The notes under the pieces are model-generated. The model was not told the DNA's origin, ran no database searches, and saw only the letters and a list, made by a program, of their open reading frames with translations. A program made the position numbers and the translations under genes. From the IMG/VR virus record IMGVR_UViG_3300016476_001350, positions 1 to 30,918 of that record: a stretch of 30,918 nt of DNA; one strand, given 5' to 3'. The DNA is from a virus (lineage: Duplodnaviria; Caudoviricetes). Every line of letters starts with the position of its first letter. Position 1 is the stretch's first letter. Below are positions 27,288 through 30,918 of this stretch, piece by piece.

Positions 27288-27461
27288 TTAGTCTTTTCTT
27301 TCTTCGTTGTAGACGTCTTCTAGCTTAGAAACAACATTTCCTAATTCGTCAATCAAATTAGAATATTGATCAACATTATCGCTGTTAAGTCGATCATGTA
27401 GGTTAGTCTGCAAATCGTCAATCTTTGAAAGTATACCTTGTAATCTCTCTAATCTGTTCAT
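27288..27461 (-). CDS. Hypothetical 57-aa acidic helical protein (not in the ORF track)
   Basis: Manual translation MNRLERLQGILSKIDDLQTNLHDRLNSDNVDQYSNLIDELGNVVSKLEDVYNEERKD*. Fills the gap and is co-oriented with its neighbours. Confidence 0.65.
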   Translation of the reverse strand: MNRLERLQGILSKIDDLQTNLHDRLNSDNVDQYSNLIDELGNVVSKLEDVYNEERKD

Positions 27462-27478
27462 TTCTTTTGGATTTCTCT

Positions 27479-27598
27479 TTATTTGGCAATTTGCTTCTTT
27501 ACTTGATTGATAAACTCCATGGCTTTATCTGTTGGCATATCATCAACGTCTATATAAAATTGCTTTTTGCCATCTGGCAGTTTAGTAACTTTTACCAT
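27479..27598 (-). CDS. 39-aa mini-protein resembling the portal clip segment
   Basis: MVKVTKLPDGKKQFYIDVDDMPTDKAMEFINQVKKQIAK*. The ATG is 1 nt after the upstream stop, with an AAGGA SD. 12/24 identity to portal F284-I307. Confidence 0.65.
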   Translation of the reverse strand: MVKVTKLPDGKKQFYIDVDDMPTDKAMEFINQVKKQIAK

Positions 27599-27599
27599 T

Positions 27600-27791
27600 T
27601 TATTCCTTCTTTGCGCTAAGAGCATTCTTAGCTTCTGTAATTTCCTTGCGACGTGTAGCAGCAAGCTTGCGGATCTCGTTTAGTGCCTTACGGGCACGAC
27701 CGGCAGCAGCTTTTACACCTTTTTCAGAGAACTTTGCATTCTCTTCTACATATACATTTAGCTGATTTAATAATTCGTTATGCGTATTCAT
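27600..27791 (-). CDS. Histone H1-like (Hc1-family) small basic protein
   Basis: EKGVKAAAGRARKAL.EI.KL...RRKEI matches the Hc1 N-terminal G.KAA..RARK motif. Confidence 0.7.
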   Translation of the reverse strand: MNTHNELLNQLNVYVEENAKFSEKGVKAAAGRARKALNEIRKLAATRRKEITEAKNALSAKKE

Positions 27792-28753
27792 ATATTTTTT
27801 TCCTTTTTAATTTCATTTTCAATCCAATAGTATAACGTTTTCATACCAGTTTCTAAAGATATTTTAGGTTGCCAACCAGTTAATTTTTTAATTAACGTGT
27901 TATCACTAGTTCTAGCGTTAACACCAATTGGGCCTAATTCATATTCAATTTCAATATTTTTGTTGCTTATATTAATTAATAATTTAGTTAAATCATTAAT
28001 TGATACATAGTTTTCGTTACCAACATTAACTGGTGTACAAACATTAAATTCTATAACTTTATCTAAAGCATCTAAAAAATCAGAGATAAACAGGAAACTT
28101 CGTATTTGTTTACCGTCACCCCAAATTTTTATTTTATTATTAGTGCTTTCTGCAATTTTTCGACATAATGCAGCAGGGCTTTTTTCTCTTCCTGTATTGT
28201 AATCGCAAAATGGTCCATAAACGTTGTGTATTCGAACTATTTTGTTATCCATATTATAATTATAATTAAAGCTTTGACACAACTTTTCCCCTGTTAGTTT
28301 TTCCCAACCATAACAACTATCAGGATTTGCGGGGTAAGCACTGTCCTCTGTTATCTTTAAATTGTCAATGTCTAATTGATTATGCTCTGGATAGACACAA
28401 GCACTACTTGCATATATTAAAGTTTGCTTAGAGTTTTTTAAAGATTGTAAAATATTAATAGTAATAGTTAAACTATTGCTCATAATATCAGCGTCATTCT
28501 CTTTGGTAAAGATGTAACCTGCTCCACCCATATCCGCAGCAAAATGATAAACTAAGTCCCAATTTTTATTTTTAACGTGTTCTTCAACGAACACCTTGTT
28601 GCGTAAATCCCCAACATAAAACTCGTCTGCTAGAGTATTATATTTTGATTTTCTAATATCAATACCGCACACGTAATCATTTATTAACTTATGTTTTCTA
28701 ATTAAATGATTTCCTATAAATCCTGAAGCTCCAAGCACTAATATTTTTCTCAT
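27788..28753 (-). CDS. NAD-dependent epimerase/dehydratase, GDP-mannose 3,5-epimerase-like SDR
   Basis: GASGFIG, AADMGGAGYI, YASSACVYP, YGWEK (YxxxK), GREKSPAALCRK, IWGDGKQ.RSF. Confidence 0.88.
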   Translation of the reverse strand: MRKILVLGASGFIGNHLIRKHKLINDYVCGIDIRKSKYNTLADEFYVGDLRNKVFVEEHVKNKNWDLVYHFAADMGGAGYIFTKENDADIMSNSLTITINILQSLKNSKQTLIYASSACVYPEHNQLDIDNLKITEDSAYPANPDSCYGWEKLTGEKLCQSFNYNYNMDNKIVRIHNVYGPFCDYNTGREKSPAALCRKIAESTNNKIKIWGDGKQIRSFLFISDFLDALDKVIEFNVCTPVNVGNENYVSINDLTKLLINISNKNIEIEYELGPIGVNARTSDNTLIKKLTGWQPKISLETGMKTLYYWIENEIKKEKNI

Positions 28754-30540
28754 GCTGGTTCTTTCATTTCAATATCGTTTGAATACATTGTAAATCCATT
28801 TTCTTTAACAACAGTAAGAATGTTGTTAACTCTGCTAGACAATTCATCTTTATGACTTACGAGGAAAATAGTTTTATTTCTTTCTCGGCTCATCTTTTTA
28901 AGTATAGCAATCGAAGATTCAACACCGCTAGTATCCATGCCGCTATCAATCATTTCATCAATAAACAATAGATTAATTGGTTGATATAGTCCTTCCCAAA
29001 CATCTCTAAATGCCCAACTTAAACTTAAAATAAGTCTGTTACGTTCACCGCGAGATAAGTTATCGAAATCTAAATCTCTGCCTAATTCTTCAATAGATAC
29101 AGATAAGTCGCTTTGAAATTTAACGTGATGTGGTAATCCAATTTGCTGTAAGTAATAATGTAATCTAGAATTTAGATAAGCAAGATTTTGATCAATAATA
29201 GTTTTACGGATAAAACTATCCTTATTTGTTAATAGTTTCAGCAGGAAATCTTGATGCTCCTTAACTTTTGTTAAAGCGTTCATATGTTCCCAACTGATTT
29301 CTTCGACTGCGGATATACGCATGTCAGCAATTTGTTCAATATATGGATCATCTTCTCCTAGCCTATGTTCTAACTGAGAAGTTAGTTTATCTATACTAGC
29401 ACGATGTTCCATGGCTTGTTCGATAGTATCGTAAAACACTTTTGGTGCTTTTCCAATATTGCCAATACTGGCGAGTATTTCTTCATACTCATCAGCTTGT
29501 GCTTGTAGTTTAACCATGTGCTTTTCGCTATCTTCTTTTTGCTTTAGTTTTCCAGTTAGGATTGTTTCCTGCTTTCCATCATGCAGTTTGCTACCACATG
29601 CAAAACATTTGTGATTCTGCAAGTCGGCAATTTCTTTTTGCAGCTTATCATATGCCTTTTCTTCTTTCGCAAAGTCTGCACGTAAGCTTTTAATCCACTT
29701 TTCTGCTTCTTGCTTGCGCTTTACTACGGTGTAGTACTCACTAAGTTTTTTATGATTTTCAATTTCAACTTCAACATCAATATCTTTTAAATCTTCTAAA
29801 GCTTGCACAAGCTTAGAGATGTCTTCTTCTCGCTTAGCTTCCCACAGACGTTGGCGCTTTTCAAGACTTTCAATTTGTTCTTGAATTTTTTTATTGCTGT
29901 CTTGTACAGCTTTAATTCTATATTCTTCTTCTGTAATAGAATCTTTTGTAAGTCTAATTAATTCCTTTAACTTTTCTGCTTTAGCAGACAATTGAGTAAT
30001 ACCTAGAAGCTGTTCAATAATTTCTCTTTGATCATTTGCTCTCATAGACAAAAATGGTTCAGTGTATGTGTTAAGAGCTAGAATGTGTTTGAACATTTCG
30101 TGACTCATACCCAGCAATTTTTCAATTTCTTTTTGAGTCTCTCTTGAATCACCTTGAGCATCATCATCTATTTCTTCAGCCGTTTTATCTTGTCCGTTGA
30201 TATAGAATTTAAGTACGTTAGGTTTTCTTCCTCGTTCAATTTTGTAATGATTGTTGTTGATCTCAAAGTCAACTGTAACTAACATATTTTTAGCGTTAGT
30301 TTTATTAATGAGATTTTCTTTTTTAATGTTAGTTAATGCCTGCCCATATAGGCCGTAACTCAAGGCGTTGATTATTGTAGTTTTTCCCGTGCCATTTCTG
30401 GAACCTGTGTCATCGCCACCCAGGTCTAGATTAGATCCTAACACTAGAGTTAACTGCTCTTGATCAAAATCAACGGCTTGAGTTTGGTTGCCTACACTCA
30501 TAAAATTACGAACTGTCAGTGTCTTAATTTTAAAGGTCAT
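28750..30540 (-). CDS. gp46: Recombination endonuclease ATPase subunit (gp46, SbcC/Rad50-like)
   Basis: NFMSVGN, Walker A NGTGKTT, coiled coil with CFAC zinc hook, signature LSRGE, Walker B LLFIDE, H-loop VSH. Confidence 0.95.
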   Translation of the reverse strand: MTFKIKTLTVRNFMSVGNQTQAVDFDQEQLTLVLGSNLDLGGDDTGSRNGTGKTTIINALSYGLYGQALTNIKKENLINKTNAKNMLVTVDFEINNNHYKIERGRKPNVLKFYINGQDKTAEEIDDDAQGDSRETQKEIEKLLGMSHEMFKHILALNTYTEPFLSMRANDQREIIEQLLGITQLSAKAEKLKELIRLTKDSITEEEYRIKAVQDSNKKIQEQIESLEKRQRLWEAKREEDISKLVQALEDLKDIDVEVEIENHKKLSEYYTVVKRKQEAEKWIKSLRADFAKEEKAYDKLQKEIADLQNHKCFACGSKLHDGKQETILTGKLKQKEDSEKHMVKLQAQADEYEEILASIGNIGKAPKVFYDTIEQAMEHRASIDKLTSQLEHRLGEDDPYIEQIADMRISAVEEISWEHMNALTKVKEHQDFLLKLLTNKDSFIRKTIIDQNLAYLNSRLHYYLQQIGLPHHVKFQSDLSVSIEELGRDLDFDNLSRGERNRLILSLSWAFRDVWEGLYQPINLLFIDEMIDSGMDTSGVESSIAILKKMSRERNKTIFLVSHKDELSSRVNNILTVVKENGFTMYSNDIEMKEPA

Positions 30541-30918
30541 TGTAAATGTCCATTAGTAATTTTTTATCAAATGTCCCGTTGTCTAAATTTGTTAATTGTT
30601 CTGATACAATTTGATCAATGCTTTCAAATTTTGTATCTGGGGTGTCTTCATATGAAGCTTCTAGGTTATTCTTGTCTTGAATAAGACTAATTTCTCTAAT
30701 ATCATAAGTCTTAGTAAATTCTTCTTTGATAAAGTTAGCCTCTTCAAAGCTGATATCAATATCTAAATTTACTCTCAGATACATTTTGCTTTTCATGATT
30801 TCATCTTTTCTGTCGATTAGGTCACTGAGTTTGATAGTTCTAAATTTTGGAGCATGTTCCCAGTTAATAAACTTAGGCTTGCCTCCCCATTCTAAGATCA
30901 TCATACCTCGGTCATCAT
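30530..30918 (-). CDS. gp47: Recombination endonuclease nuclease subunit (gp47, SbcD/Mre11-like), C-terminal part only
   Basis: Frame is open to the window edge (..DDRGMMILEW). Overlaps the gp46 start, in the usual gp47-gp46 order. Confidence 0.8.
   Translation of the reverse strand, partial: DDRGMMILEWGGKPKFINWEHAPKFRTIKLSDLIDRKDEIMKSKMYLRVNLDIDISFEEANFIKEEFTKTYDIREISLIQDKNNLEASYEDTPDTKFESIDQIVSEQLTNLDNGTFDKKLLMDIYNDL

Noticed and set aside
27425-27664. Plus-strand ORF 27425-27619 and the 61-aa long form of 27479-27664
   Set aside because: The first is antisense to better-supported mini-genes. The second overlaps the Hc1-like gene by 65 nt, whereas the ATG at 27598 has an SD and no overlap.
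1-30918. Stop-codon reassignment as seen in some large phages
   Set aside because: Core genes are full length and coding density is high under the standard code.

Overview
A 31-kb segment of a large, AT-rich T4-like (gp23-superfamily) myophage genome, read in the standard genetic code. From left to right it holds: two plus-strand glycosyltransferase/methyltransferase genes; a minus-strand block of mosaic, repeat-rich fibre/structural genes with two glycosyltransferase-like genes inserted; the head module (gp23 capsid, gp22-like scaffold, gp21 protease, acidic core protein, gp20 portal) and a tape-measure-like gene; a divergent gp26/gp51-like pair; an amidinotransferase; a ~600-nt highly structured non-coding region; a GIY-YIG/NUMOD3 endonuclease; three tiny ORFs; a GDP-mannose-epimerase-like SDR; and gp46/gp47 (Rad50/Mre11-like). 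T4-type late promoter cores (TAAATA) precede most structural genes. The most notable observations are four. (1) A 39-aa ORF (27479-27598) matches the phage's own portal clip segment at 12 of 24 residues, a candidate portal mimic or decoy. (2) A large candidate ncRNA lies directly downstream of, and co-oriented with, the GIY-YIG gene, with G-U pairing mostly favouring the minus strand. (3) Two overlapping slippery heptamers suggest a programmed -1 frameshift fusing the gp26-like and gp51-like ORFs. (4) A hairpin containing a late promoter sequesters the endonuclease RBS. All family assignments come from motif recognition by eye; no database searches were run.
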